The translations under genes were made by a program, and so were the position numbers. The notes beneath the pieces were generated by a model. The model made no database searches, was not told the DNA's origin, and saw only the letters and a program-made list of their open reading frames with translations. 64,000 nucleotides of DNA from Bdellovibrionales bacterium (GTDB taxonomy: Bacteria; Bdellovibrionota; Bdellovibrionia; Bdellovibrionales; UBA1609): contig OZ241329.1 of the NCBI GenBank assembly GCA_965199825.1, positions 1,952,001-2,016,000 of the forward strand, read 5' to 3'. Numbering within the stretch: the stretch's first letter is position 1; each line of letters starts with the position of its first letter. Positions 1 through 10,015 of this stretch are shown here, one piece after another.

Positions 1-2
1 CC

Positions 3-119
3 GAAGAAGGCATGTTGCTTAAAAAAGCCCTGGGAAGTGAACTCAATCATCTGGAAGCAAAAGCCAAAGATCTTCTTTCCGATCTGGAGTCCGTGCCGCG
101 CTTTAATGCGCAGAACTAG
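3..119 (+). CDS. zapA: C-terminal fragment of probable cell division protein ZapA (5' end outside window)
   Basis: Open frame EEGMLLKKALGSELNHLEAKAKDLLSDLESVPRFNAQN* ending TAG at 117-119; coiled-coil-like; position before ygfA-rny matches the common zapA-ygfA-rny order. Confidence 0.55.
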   Translation, partial: EEGMLLKKALGSELNHLEAKAKDLLSDLESVPRFNAQN

Positions 120-133
120 TTTTAAGGACTCTC

Positions 134-673
134 ATGCCGTCAAAGGCCGACATTCGAAATGAACTCAAAACTCAAACGCGTACGCTCGAGGCTCACGCCA
201 AGGTGTGCGATTTTTTGGTCGAAACTTTAAAAAATTTTAAAGTCGTTGGCTCTTATCAAGCCCTCAAATCCGAAATTGATTTGTCGGCACTTCATCAAAA
301 ACTTCCGTCACTTCAAATTGTTTACCCAAAAATTTTAGAACAAGCGCTAAGCTTTTTTTTAGCCCAAGAGTTTGAAGTGAACACTCACAAAATTCGTGAG
401 CCTTCAAACGGCAAGCCTGTTTCCCTCACCGAAATCGATGCGCTCCTAATTCCTGGCCGGGCATTCGATCGGCGAGGCTTTCGATTGGGTTGGGGCAAGG
501 GCTATTATGATCGAACATTAAAGAACTATTCTGGACTTAAAATTGGAATTGGCGAAAGCAACCAACTGCTCGAGTCGCTTCCATTTGAAGACCATGATGT
601 TCCTATGGATCTCCTCGTTACCGAAAAATTTGTGCTTCGACCTCTTGTGAAGCGAAAGGAAAAGTATGTTTGA
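134..673 (+). CDS. ygfA: 5-formyltetrahydrofolate cyclo-ligase
   Basis: PGRAFDRRGFRLGWGKGYYDR and HDVPMDLLVTE motifs. Confidence 0.93.
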   Translation: MPSKADIRNELKTQTRTLEAHAKVCDFLVETLKNFKVVGSYQALKSEIDLSALHQKLPSLQIVYPKILEQALSFFLAQEFEVNTHKIREPSNGKPVSLTEIDALLIPGRAFDRRGFRLGWGKGYYDRTLKNYSGLKIGIGESNQLLESLPFEDHDVPMDLLVTEKFVLRPLVKRKEKYV

Positions 674-2243
674 TCTTATCTTATCTGGAATTTGTTTAAT
701 CGTCGGTCTGTTGTTGGGTGGAGGTGTGTTTGCCTTTTACCGAAAAATGATGGACCAAAAAAATCGCACCTCTGCGGCTCTTGAGGCTGAACGCATCATC
801 AACAAGGCAAAAAGTCAGGCGACAAAAATAGAACGCGACACCCAAGCGCGATCAAAGGATTTTGAAAATCGGGCTCGGCGAAATGTGGAGGCCGAAATTA
901 AAAGAGATCGCCAAAAAATTCAAAATACCGAAACGGGTTTAAAAGATCGTGAGCAAAAATTAGATCGAGAATATCGGCGCAAAGAAGAGCAGCTTGAGAA
1001 TCGAATCCGCGAAACCCAAGAGCATAGCGAAAAATTAAAAATTTCTGAAAGTCGCATCAAGGATCTTGAAGATAAAACACTTCAGCAAACTCAAGAGGTG
1101 GCAAGAAAGCTCGAATCGGTCTCAAGTCTGACTGCGACCCAAGCCAAGCAAGAACTGATGTCAATGCTTGAAGATGACGTCAGAAAAGAATCGGTGGGTC
1201 GATTAAATCAAATCGAACAAGAAGCTCGAAGTGAAGCCGATAAAAAAGCCCGAAGAATCTTGGCGATGAGTATTGCTCGTTATGCTTCCGAGGTTGCAAG
1301 TGAGAGAACGGTGGCATCGATTCCTCTTTCAAGTGATGAGATGAAAGGCAAAATAATTGGGCGCGAAGGGCGAAACATTCGAGCCCTCGAGGCCGCATGT
1401 GGAGTGGATCTCATCATTGATGAATCTCCAGAAGCGGTTGTGATCTCTAGTTTTGATCCGGTACGAAGAGAGGTTGCAAAAAAATCTTTGGAGCGTTTGA
1501 TGGATGATGGGCGTGTTCATCCTGCACGGATCGAAGAGGTTGTTGAAAAAGTAAAATCAGAATTGATTTCAAGCATGAAAGAAGATGGCGAAAAAGCCTG
1601 TTTTGATTTGCAAGTCCACGGGGTCAATCCGGCAATTATTAATCTCTTAGGTCAATTAAAGTATCGCCAGTCCGACACCCAAAATGTTTTGCAACATTCC
1701 ATCGAAGTCGGAACCTTTGCTGGACTCATGGCCGCAGAAATTGGTTTTGATGTGAAGCTCGCTCGGCGTGCGGGCCTTCTTCATGATATTGGCAAAGCGA
1801 TTGATCACAATACCGAAGGTGGTCACGCGGTGATCGGCGCAGAATTTGCTCGAAAGCATGGTGAAAAAGAAGCGGTGGTTCATGCGATTAAAGCCCACCA
1901 TGATGATGAAAAAGCCGACACGGTTTTGGATCATCTTGTTCAAGCCGCAAATAATTTATCAAAAGCCCGACCTGGAGCCCGTCGCAATATGATGGAGACT
2001 TATATCCGTCGGCTCGAAGATTTAGAAAGTGTAGCCAATAGTTTTGATGGCGTTGCACGGAGTTTTGCAATTCAATCTGGAAAAGAAATTCGGGTGCTTG
2101 TTGATAGTGGCCGCGTGACCGATGAACAATCCCAAATGCTCAGTCGCGATATTGCACGAAAAATTGAAAGAGAACTCAATTACCCAGGACAAATCAAGGT
2201 CACGGTTGTGCGCGAGACCCGACTTGTTGAGCATGCGCGATGA
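666..2243 (+). CDS. rny: Ribonuclease Y
   Basis: N-terminal TM helix, coiled coil, KH motif [17 protein letters not shown] motif [11 protein letters not shown]-terminal [12 protein letters not shown]. Confidence 0.97.
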   Translation: MFDLILSGICLIVGLLLGGGVFAFYRKMMDQKNRTSAALEAERIINKAKSQATKIERDTQARSKDFENRARRNVEAEIKRDRQKIQNTETGLKDREQKLDREYRRKEEQLENRIRETQEHSEKLKISESRIKDLEDKTLQQTQEVARKLESVSSLTATQAKQELMSMLEDDVRKESVGRLNQIEQEARSEADKKARRILAMSIARYASEVASERTVASIPLSSDEMKGKIIGREGRNIRALEAACGVDLIIDESPEAVVISSFDPVRREVAKKSLERLMDDGRVHPARIEEVVEKVKSELISSMKEDGEKACFDLQVHGVNPAIINLLGQLKYRQSDTQNVLQHSIEVGTFAGLMAAEIGFDVKLARRAGLLHDIGKAIDHNTEGGHAVIGAEFARKHGEKEAVVHAIKAHHDDEKADTVLDHLVQAANNLSKARPGARRNMMETYIRRLEDLESVANSFDGVARSFAIQSGKEIRVLVDSGRVTDEQSQMLSRDIARKIERELNYPGQIKVTVVRETRLVEHAR

Positions 2244-3445
2244 TGACTGCCGAAGATCAGATTAAGGAATTAAAAAAGGGCGCAGTCGACATCATCTCGG
2301 AGCGAGAGCTGTTAGAAAAAATTAAAAAAGGTAAACCCTTACGTGTGAAAGCCGGTTTTGATCCCTCACGCCCAGATTTGCATTTGGGTCACACGGTTCT
2401 CTTAAACAAAATGAAGTTGTTCCAAGATTTGGGCCATCACGTCATTTTTTTGATTGGTGATTTTACCGGTCTGATTGGTGATCCCTCAGGACGCAACGAA
2501 ACCAGGCCAGCTCTGACTCAAGAAGAGCTCGAGTCCAATGCCGAAACCTATGCGCGACAAGTCTACAAAGTCCTTGATCGATCAAAAACCGAAATTGCCT
2601 ACAACTCCACTTGGATGAAAAAGTTTTCGGCTGCCGATTTTGTTAAACTCTCCAGCCACTACACGGTTGCAAGAATGCTTGAGCGTGATGATTTTGAAAA
2701 AAGATTCTCAACCCAAAAACCGATCGCCATCCACGAATTTTTGTATCCTCTCGTTCAGGGCTACGACTCTGTCGCATTAAAAAGCGATGTGGAACTTGGT
2801 GGAACCGATCAAAAATTTAATTTGCTTGTTGGTCGCGATATGCAAAAAGCCTATGGCCAACCTCCTCAATGTGTTTTGACAGTTCCTTTGCTCGAGGGAC
2901 TCGACGGCGTGCAAAAAATGTCGAAGAGTTTTGATAATTATATCGCGGTCGAAGATTCCCCGCGCGAGATGTTTGGCAAAACCATGCGGGTTTCTGATGA
3001 GCTGATGCTTCGCTACTACGAACTCCTCACCGATTTTTCGGTAGATCAATTAGCCCAACTCAAAAACGATTTGCAGCACGGAAAAAAACATCCTCGCACC
3101 GTCAAGGTTGAGCTTGCCCAATTTTTGGTGACTCGCTTTCACGATGCAGCAGCTGCAACAAATGCTCTTGAAGAATTTGAGCGGATGTTTAAACAAAAAG
3201 GCTTGCCTGATCAGGTTGATGAACACTCTGTATCTCCTCAGCAAGATCTTCTTTTGTATCAATTGATGACCAAAGTTGGACTTTCCGAATCTAACGGCAG
3301 TGCGAAGCGATTAATTGAGGGCGGCGGTGTTGAGCTCCGCAGCCAAAAAATTAAAGATGTAAATTTCAAATTCAATCTTGAATTAGGTGATGAATTTATC
3401 ATTCGGGCGGGCAAGAAAAAATTTGCGCGTATAAAGGTGCTTTGA
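2240..3445 (+). CDS. tyrS: Tyrosine--tRNA ligase
   Basis: [13 protein letters not shown] (HIGH), KMSKS, C-terminal S4-like domain ending AGKKKF. Confidence 0.97.
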   Translation: MMTAEDQIKELKKGAVDIISERELLEKIKKGKPLRVKAGFDPSRPDLHLGHTVLLNKMKLFQDLGHHVIFLIGDFTGLIGDPSGRNETRPALTQEELESNAETYARQVYKVLDRSKTEIAYNSTWMKKFSAADFVKLSSHYTVARMLERDDFEKRFSTQKPIAIHEFLYPLVQGYDSVALKSDVELGGTDQKFNLLVGRDMQKAYGQPPQCVLTVPLLEGLDGVQKMSKSFDNYIAVEDSPREMFGKTMRVSDELMLRYYELLTDFSVDQLAQLKNDLQHGKKHPRTVKVELAQFLVTRFHDAAAATNALEEFERMFKQKGLPDQVDEHSVSPQQDLLLYQLMTKVGLSESNGSAKRLIEGGGVELRSQKIKDVNFKFNLELGDEFIIRAGKKKFARIKVL

Positions 3446-3909
3446 ATATGAAAGTTAAATTTTTGCCCCATAATATTGAACTTGAGATCAAACCCAACCA
3501 AACAGTTTTGCAGTTGGCTAACGAAAACAATATCGCGATCAAATCGGTGTGCAACGGAATGCCGTCGTGTGCTGAGTGTCGGGTGCGATTGGTCGAGGGC
3601 GAATCCAACGTCACGCCTCCGGGTGTAAAAGAACTGTCACTGATTGGTTCGGGCTATTTTATCGATCAGCGTAGGCTTTCATGTCAGCTGCTCTGCTTTG
3701 GCGACATCACTCTTGATCTTACGGAACAAGTGGAGCGAGCCAAAGGATCAACAAGTGCACGCAAATTTTTAGCTAAACAAAAAGATGTAGTTGTAGAGAG
3801 TCATGCGGTGAGTGGGAATTTGATCGAACAGGATGAGCAATTTAAAGATCAACCAGAAGGTAAGCCGCAAAAGAATTCACGGCCACCTCATAACAAACGA
3901 CGACGATAG
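3442..3909 (+). CDS. 2Fe-2S ferredoxin-like protein with charged C-terminal tail (start may be ATG 3448)
   Basis: [10 protein letters not shown] ... RRLSCQ plant/adrenodoxin-type Cys pattern. Confidence 0.88.
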   Translation: MNMKVKFLPHNIELEIKPNQTVLQLANENNIAIKSVCNGMPSCAECRVRLVEGESNVTPPGVKELSLIGSGYFIDQRRLSCQLLCFGDITLDLTEQVERAKGSTSARKFLAKQKDVVVESHAVSGNLIEQDEQFKDQPEGKPQKNSRPPHNKRRR

Positions 3910-3910
3910 A

Positions 3911-4189
3911 TTATCGGCGTGCCGCAAGTTCTTTGCGAAGAGTGGTCTCTTGTTCTTTAACAATAAGGTTTACAATTTCATCCACTTGGATTTTGTAGAG
4001 TTTTACAAAAGTCTTGAGGTTTTTCATTGGGGGCGCACAGAGGCCTCGTTCAAAATTCGAAATGAATTGTGGAGTTGAGTAACCCAGTCTTTGTGCAATA
4101 TCTGATTGAGTGAAGCCTGCTTTTTCGCGTTTATCACGGAGGTAGGCACCGAGATGGTGGTGTAGGCTTTGTTTTCCAACGAACTTCAT
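3911..4189 (-). CDS. XRE-family helix-turn-helix regulator
   Basis: LRDKREKAGFTQSDIAQRLGYSTPQFISNFERG; AAGGAG SD upstream. Confidence 0.9.
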   Translation of the reverse strand: MKFVGKQSLHHHLGAYLRDKREKAGFTQSDIAQRLGYSTPQFISNFERGLCAPPMKNLKTFVKLYKIQVDEIVNLIVKEQETTLRKELAARR

Positions 4190-4302
4190 GTTGCTCCTTT
4201 TAAATTATCTGTGAAAGAAAAGAATTTTTTTTCAGCTACTAATTAACTACGATCGATGATGAAAGCAAACTTTAAGATTAATTTTTCTCATATGGAGTTT
4301 TC

Positions 4303-4803
4303 GTGACATCGACCAAATCAGTTTATCTACTCATCGCGTTTATCACCAGTTTGAGTTGTCATGCGAACAATTCCTTAAACTGGGACTTGGGCGCAGCAAC
4401 CGGACATTTCAAAACTTCAAAATTGCAGTCAAACGACGTGTTCTACTCAGAAGCCCAGCTGGGCGTGAACTACATGCTTTCTGATTTGTTTACTTTGAGG
4501 GGTTTAGGATTTATCCGATTTCCTAATCAGGGATCAGTCTCTGAGGGAATAGATTTGAGTGGACGCATCTCTGGCATTGCAGATTTGAATGAAAAGACTT
4601 CTGTCTCTGCTTTTGCGGGCCCAGGATTTCGTTTAGTCACCAAAGGAGGCAACGTTCCATTTTTAGAAACAGGTTTGATCTTTCGATTTTCGAAAATTTC
4701 TATCGGTGGCGGGCTTAAAGTATTTTTACATAGTCTCGTCGGTGATCATCAAGCTTCTGATCTTCAATATAATCTTTTACTTTCAGGCCAAGGACATTTT
4801 TAA
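4303..4803 (+). CDS. Hypothetical exported protein, probable small outer-membrane beta-barrel
   Basis: Signal peptide, amphipathic beta-strands, terminal Phe. Confidence 0.6.
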   Translation: MTSTKSVYLLIAFITSLSCHANNSLNWDLGAATGHFKTSKLQSNDVFYSEAQLGVNYMLSDLFTLRGLGFIRFPNQGSVSEGIDLSGRISGIADLNEKTSVSAFAGPGFRLVTKGGNVPFLETGLIFRFSKISIGGGLKVFLHSLVGDHQASDLQYNLLLSGQGHF

Positions 4804-4805
4804 AA

Positions 4806-5372
4806 ATGAAATGGATTATCTGCGGAACAAATCGGGCTCAAAGTAACACCATGAAAATTGCAAAAATTGTTCAAGATCTTTATCAGATTGAGAATGAAGA
4901 AGTGGGAATTATTGATCTTGGTCAATTGGAATTAGAAAAAATGGCGGATGCGCCGTACTCAGATCGGCATCCCCAAAAACTGGCCGACGCGGTCAAAAAA
5001 ATTAATGAGGCAGATGGAATTATTGTTGTGGTTCCTGAGTACAACGGGTCAATGCCTGGAATATTAAAATATTTTATTGATCACTGGAAATATCCCCAGA
5101 GTTTTGAGGCGCGTCCTGTTGCTTTGATCGGAATCGGAGGTCGCTTTGGCGGAGTCAGACCCGTTGAACATTTGCAGCAGGTTTTCGGATTTAGAAATTC
5201 CTATGTCTTTCCTGAACGCGTGTTTATTTCAAACGTGTGGTCGGTCATAAAGGATGATAAGATCAGTGATCAATCCATTTTGGATTTGATGAGTCGCCAG
5301 GTGCGCAATTTTCAAAAATTTGTAACGGCCTTACAGTCACAAAGTTTAGACGCAAATTCGCTAAAGGCTTAA
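4806..5372 (+). CDS. NADPH-dependent FMN reductase
   Basis: GTNR and PEYNGSMPGILKYFID motifs. Confidence 0.9.
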   Translation: MKWIICGTNRAQSNTMKIAKIVQDLYQIENEEVGIIDLGQLELEKMADAPYSDRHPQKLADAVKKINEADGIIVVVPEYNGSMPGILKYFIDHWKYPQSFEARPVALIGIGGRFGGVRPVEHLQQVFGFRNSYVFPERVFISNVWSVIKDDKISDQSILDLMSRQVRNFQKFVTALQSQSLDANSLKA

Positions 5373-5385
5373 TCAAAGGATCTCT

Positions 5386-6075
5386 ATGTATGTATTGGGT
5401 TTAGATTTTGAGACCACCGGTGTTAATCCAAAGAGTGATCACATTATCGAAGTGGGCGCGGTGGTCTGGGATGTTGAAAAGAAAAAACCCAAAGCCATAC
5501 TCAGTGAGTTGGTTGCTGTTGAGGGTTCCATTCCAGAACAGATCGTGAAAATCACGGGCATCGAAGACGACGATATTAAAAATTGGGGCGAGAATATTCA
5601 TGATGTGCTGTTGCGATTAAAAAAATTGTCACACTCTTGTGATTACGTGGTGGCCCATAATGGGTTGCAATTTGATCAGCAATTTCACACCCGCTACAGT
5701 GATCAAAATCCAATGTGGGTGATCGATAAACCTTGGATCGATACAATGACCGATCTTCCTTATCCTCATCATGTGGTCACTCGAAAATTAAATTTTTTGG
5801 CGGCTGAGCATGGTTTTTTAAATCCATTTTCACATCGCGCGGTTTTTGATGTGCTTACCATGATGCGAGTTTTTTCAACTTATCCGTTTGAGGCCATCTT
5901 ACAAAACATCGAATCCCCCTTGGTTAAGATCAAAGCCAAGGTGAGCTTTGAGGAAAAATCAAAAGCCAAAGATTTGGGTTTTCGTTGGGATCCCCAAAAT
6001 CGTTATTGGTATATGGAACTCCGGCAACGGGCGTGGCAGGAGCGTGAATTTCCATTCGAGACCGCGCTGATATGA
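5386..6075 (+). CDS. DEDDh 3'-5' exonuclease (DnaQ-like) with C-terminal DUF5710-like domain
   Basis: DFETTG, VAHNGLQFD, HRAVFD; C-terminal FEEKSKAKDLGFRWDP..YW. Confidence 0.88.
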   Translation: MYVLGLDFETTGVNPKSDHIIEVGAVVWDVEKKKPKAILSELVAVEGSIPEQIVKITGIEDDDIKNWGENIHDVLLRLKKLSHSCDYVVAHNGLQFDQQFHTRYSDQNPMWVIDKPWIDTMTDLPYPHHVVTRKLNFLAAEHGFLNPFSHRAVFDVLTMMRVFSTYPFEAILQNIESPLVKIKAKVSFEEKSKAKDLGFRWDPQNRYWYMELRQRAWQEREFPFETALI

Positions 6076-6488
6076 AGCGAAAAATTGGGGTGGCCGCAGC
6101 AGCTTTGGTGGACTCCTCAAAGCGGGTTTTAATTGCTGAGCGCGCGCTGCACGAAAATTATGGTGGGGTTTGGGAATTCCCTGGGGGCAAGATTGAATCC
6201 GGCGAATCTGCATTCCAAGCACTCAAACGCGAAATGCTCGAAGAGCTCGGAATCCAAATTACCAAGGGGTTTTCCCTAGGACAAATCGAACACGAGTATG
6301 AAAACATCATTGTGGATCTCGAGGTCTTTGTGGTGCCTTTTCAGCCGCAGGTTTTACATTTGGTCGATCATTCGGCTGTAGAATGGGTTTTATTTTCGGA
6401 CCTTGAGGCCGAAAAACTGGCCGTGGCCGATCGGCCTTTTGTCGGTCTGATCAAATCATTTTTGCAACAACCACTTGATTTTGGGTAA
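6072..6488 (+). CDS. MutT/NudG-like NUDIX hydrolase
   Basis: WEFPGGKIESGESAFQALKREMLEELGI Nudix box. Confidence 0.9.
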   Translation: MKRKIGVAAAALVDSSKRVLIAERALHENYGGVWEFPGGKIESGESAFQALKREMLEELGIQITKGFSLGQIEHEYENIIVDLEVFVVPFQPQVLHLVDHSAVEWVLFSDLEAEKLAVADRPFVGLIKSFLQQPLDFG

Positions 6489-6538
6489 ACCTATCGTCTA
6501 AACCATAAGGATCTTAACTTTCAGGAGCAAAGACATTC

Positions 6539-6844
6539 ATGGCTAAAAAGAGCTCTGTCCTCAAAAATAATTATCGCCGCGAACTCTCCGGGCGCTATCA
6601 TAAATACCGAACCGAACTGCGTGAAAAAGCGGTCAATATGAAATTGTCTGACGAAGATCGTTTTGAGGCCCAAATGAAGCTTCAAAAACTTCCACGCGAC
6701 ACCAACTCAAATCGAGTTATAAACCGTTGTTATTTATCAGGTCGACCTCGCGGCAACTTGCGTAAATTTGGATTGTCGCGGATCGCATTTCGCGCTCTCG
6801 CTCATGCTGGGAAAATTCCTGGAGTGACCAAGTCGAGCTGGTAA
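6539..6844 (+). CDS. rpsN: 30S ribosomal protein S14 (101-aa zinc-free type), stand-alone
   Basis: [11 protein letters not shown]...FGLSRIAFR...IPGVTKSSW. Confidence 0.97.
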   Translation: MAKKSSVLKNNYRRELSGRYHKYRTELREKAVNMKLSDEDRFEAQMKLQKLPRDTNSNRVINRCYLSGRPRGNLRKFGLSRIAFRALAHAGKIPGVTKSSW

Positions 6845-6896
6845 ATTGATTTGACTCTTTTTTAAGATCCCCCAAGCTTTAGAGTAGGGGGACTTA

Positions 6897-8516
6897 ATGA
6901 TTTTTTCACTTCTCTTGTCTTTGGCCTTTGCCCAAAATCTGATCCAGCCACATGTTGTCGGTGGCTTACCTGTCACCCAATTTCCCAGTTATTTCTTAGG
7001 CATTATGGATATGGAGACCGACACGGTCACCTGCGGAGCTTCCTTGATTGATCCTCGGGTGGCGATTACCGCGGCTCATTGTGCGGGGCACTTGGCTGAG
7101 TCTTTAAATTTAACCACAAGTAAAAAATCGGATGATCCAAATAAAAAGTCACTCATCAAGATCTTAACGATCAGGGTGCATGAGGATTTTGATTCCACCT
7201 CTCTCAAAAATGATGTGGCGTTGTTGTGGCTTGAAGATTATTCCACTCGCACCTTTTCAAGGCCATTGGTGCCTATTGAACTCGACCGCTCGGGGCCCGA
7301 ATCGGACTTGAGTCGGCGCTATAAGGTTTCGGGTTTTGGCAATCTGACTTCGTATGGGTATCTCTTAGCTGATCATTTGTTTGAGGCGTTTTTAAACCCC
7401 ATTTCTCTTGAGACCTGTCGCACCTTTAAATCCTACGAAGAAGTCGGCCCAAGCCAACTGTGTATGGAAACAAAAACAGGCGGCGTCGACAGCTGTCAGG
7501 GTGATTCAGGCGGGCCGCTGGTGAGTTATGATTCAAAAAATAAAGTGAGTCTTGCAGGTGTGGTGAGTTTTGGAGTGGGTTGCGCACAAAAAAATGAGCC
7601 AGGTGTGTACTCGCGTATCTCTGCTTTTTTTAAATGGATCGAAAGTGCTAAAAAGGATTTTACAAAACCTGCACCCGAGCTCACATCAAGTCGTCTTAAG
7701 AGTTCATTGCTGAGGTCCTGCGATCGAATCACTTTTTCTAAAGGTCCTCAAGTTTTCGAAGCGGATTGGCCCAGTCACTTGGTTGGAGGAGACATCAATC
7801 ATCAGGAGAGTGTTTGGGATTGTGAATTCCAAAGCGAATGGGGTGAGACCTTTTTTGCCGAAGCTTTTTTAACAAACGACAATAAAATCAGTTTGGTTGT
7901 GAAAGATCTGAGTGGAAAAGTTTGGACTGCTCCATTGCAGACTCATTTAAAACAAATCGAAATGGGCTGTACGATTCAAAATCAGTTGATGAATATCAAG
8001 TTCGACGGAACACTTCCTCAAGTCCAGTGGGGAAAATCAATTTATAATCTCACCCCCACCAATCCCTTTAACACCGATCAGTTTTTGGCTTGTGGAGATC
8101 AGCAAAATAATTTTCAAGTCGCCAAATTCGATCAAAAACTTTTTTTTAAAATCACCGCACGCAGTTTAAATAAATTTAATTTGTATTTTTCGGCCTCAGA
8201 GAAAGATGTTGTGACCAAAACAGTTTCTATTTTGGTTCATGATGGGCCCCAGCAGATTTTTGAAGTCATCAATACGACCGACACCGACATTTACAATTAT
8301 CAAATCGAATGCGACCAAAAATTTAAACTCTACGACGGCTTAAAAACCTTTGGGACGATTGCCAAAAATCGCAGCCAATTTCTATTTTTATTTGGTCAAA
8401 GTTCTGATTGGCAGCTTGAAAAAAAGCGGACTCGAGTTTTTAGTATTGAAGGGCATGTGGATCGCCGGCTCAATTGTGAGATCAATGGGCAAAATATGAA
8501 TATTAATTTTAATTAA
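6897..8516 (+). CDS. Secreted trypsin-family (S1) serine protease with long C-terminal extension
   Basis: Signal peptide, VVGG mature N-terminus, TAAHC, NDVALL, DSCQGDSGGP. Confidence 0.9.
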   Translation: MIFSLLLSLAFAQNLIQPHVVGGLPVTQFPSYFLGIMDMETDTVTCGASLIDPRVAITAAHCAGHLAESLNLTTSKKSDDPNKKSLIKILTIRVHEDFDSTSLKNDVALLWLEDYSTRTFSRPLVPIELDRSGPESDLSRRYKVSGFGNLTSYGYLLADHLFEAFLNPISLETCRTFKSYEEVGPSQLCMETKTGGVDSCQGDSGGPLVSYDSKNKVSLAGVVSFGVGCAQKNEPGVYSRISAFFKWIESAKKDFTKPAPELTSSRLKSSLLRSCDRITFSKGPQVFEADWPSHLVGGDINHQESVWDCEFQSEWGETFFAEAFLTNDNKISLVVKDLSGKVWTAPLQTHLKQIEMGCTIQNQLMNIKFDGTLPQVQWGKSIYNLTPTNPFNTDQFLACGDQQNNFQVAKFDQKLFFKITARSLNKFNLYFSASEKDVVTKTVSILVHDGPQQIFEVINTTDTDIYNYQIECDQKFKLYDGLKTFGTIAKNRSQFLFLFGQSSDWQLEKKRTRVFSIEGHVDRRLNCEINGQNMNINFN

Positions 8517-8839
8517 ACATTAAATGAGGACCCGCAGCCGCAGGTCTTGGTGGCATTAGGATTTGAAAACACAAAACCTTTGCCGTTAAGTCCACCTTCA
8601 TAATCGAGCGACATGCCGATCAGATAAAGTAGACTTTTCGAGTCGACAACAACCTTTGCGCCATTGCTTTCAAAAACCTTATCGCCTTGAGCAACGGTGG
8701 TATCAAAATTCATTTTATACGACATGCCCGAGCATCCGCCGCGCTTCACAAACACGCGCAGCATGGATTGGCTATCTAAGCCTTCGTCAGATTGGAGGTT
8801 TTGGATTTTTTTTGCAGCCATCTCGCTAATTTGAATCAT
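8513..8839 (-). CDS. iscA: A-type Fe-S carrier (IscA/HesB family)
   Basis: GGCSGMSY and CGCGSSF motifs. Confidence 0.92.
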   Translation of the reverse strand: MIQISEMAAKKIQNLQSDEGLDSQSMLRVFVKRGGCSGMSYKMNFDTTVAQGDKVFESNGAKVVVDSKSLLYLIGMSLDYEGGLNGKGFVFSNPNATKTCGCGSSFNV

Positions 8840-8851
8840 AGGGTTACGATA

Positions 8852-9967
8852 TCACAAAAAAGCCGGATTTTCTAGTTGAGTGATCTTGCGCCAGCTCGAT
8901 AAAAAATATTCGCATTCTTCCCAGGTGTTTTGACGTCCCAGGCCAATTCGGTAGCTGTTGTCACTCGAGATATTTAAAGCACTGAGCACATGACTTGGCT
9001 CATTTTGGGCACAAGCCGAGCCGCGGCTAAAGGCGAATTCAGCAAGGTAAAGTGCTGCGAGAGTTGAGCTCACTTCTGGCGCGGTAAAATGAAGATGGCC
9101 CGGAAGTCTCTGAATGAGATGTCCATTTAGAATAAGGTCAGGCGAAATTTTTTTGAGCTCAAAAAAAAGCTGATCGCGCATTTGGCTTAAAGCGTTGGAA
9201 TCCACGGCAATGGACTCCATTTGAAGTTCGCAAGCTCGGCCAAATCCCACAATCCCTGGCACATTTAGGGTTCCGGGTCGAAGGCCAAGCTCCTGCGAGC
9301 CACCACGAAAAATAGCCTCAAGCTTTAAGCCCTTTTTTTTATACAAAGCGCCTACACCCTTTGGACCATAAAGTTTATGGGCCGAAAATGAAGCCAAATC
9401 GAGGTTTGATTTTTTGACATCAAACGAAAGCTTACCCAAAATTTGGACCGCATCGCAGTGAAAGAGAATGTCTTTGGATTTTAAAAATCGGCCAATCTCT
9501 TCGACCGGATTGAGTGAGCCCACTTCGTTATTTGCAGCCATCACCGAGACCAGCCGAGTGTTTGACTTCAAGTGAGGTTCAAGACTTTTTACCGAAGCTT
9601 GGCCCATGGAATTGGATGAAAGTAGCTGGGCATCAACCCCTCTTTGTGTGAGCGCTTCGAACACATCCAAGATTGATTTGTGCTCCACCTTGTAAGTCAG
9701 CGCATGATCGTTTTGGCGCAGACATCCCATTAGACTGAGGTTGTTGCTTTCGGTTCCACCGCTTGTCCAAAAAATTTCTTCGGGCTCACAATTGATAAAT
9801 TGAGCGACTTGCTCGCGCGCTTTTTTTACCGCTCGGGCCGCTTCCATTCCAAAACGATGCGAAGATGAAGGATTACCAAAATGTTCTGAAAAGTAGGGAA
9901 GCATTGCTTTAAGCACTTCGCTTAAAACCGGAGTCGTGGCATTGTTATCAAAATAAATTGCTCGCAT
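8852..9967 (-). CDS. iscS: Cysteine desulfurase (IscS/NifS family)
   Basis: YFDNNATT, SAHKLYGPKG (PLP Lys), GSAC; start placed at ATG 9967. Confidence 0.88.
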   Translation of the reverse strand: MRAIYFDNNATTPVLSEVLKAMLPYFSEHFGNPSSSHRFGMEAARAVKKAREQVAQFINCEPEEIFWTSGGTESNNLSLMGCLRQNDHALTYKVEHKSILDVFEALTQRGVDAQLLSSNSMGQASVKSLEPHLKSNTRLVSVMAANNEVGSLNPVEEIGRFLKSKDILFHCDAVQILGKLSFDVKKSNLDLASFSAHKLYGPKGVGALYKKKGLKLEAIFRGGSQELGLRPGTLNVPGIVGFGRACELQMESIAVDSNALSQMRDQLFFELKKISPDLILNGHLIQRLPGHLHFTAPEVSSTLAALYLAEFAFSRGSACAQNEPSHVLSALNISSDNSYRIGLGRQNTWEECEYFLSSWRKITQLENPAFL

Positions 9968-10015
9968 AAAAGGTAATTTATCTCCCTCATACAAATGCTT
10001 TTTTCGGAGGTCACC

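Noticed and set aside
3911..4189. XRE gene as an antitoxin or phage repressor
   Set aside because: No adjacent toxin or phage genes; looks like a solitary chromosomal regulator
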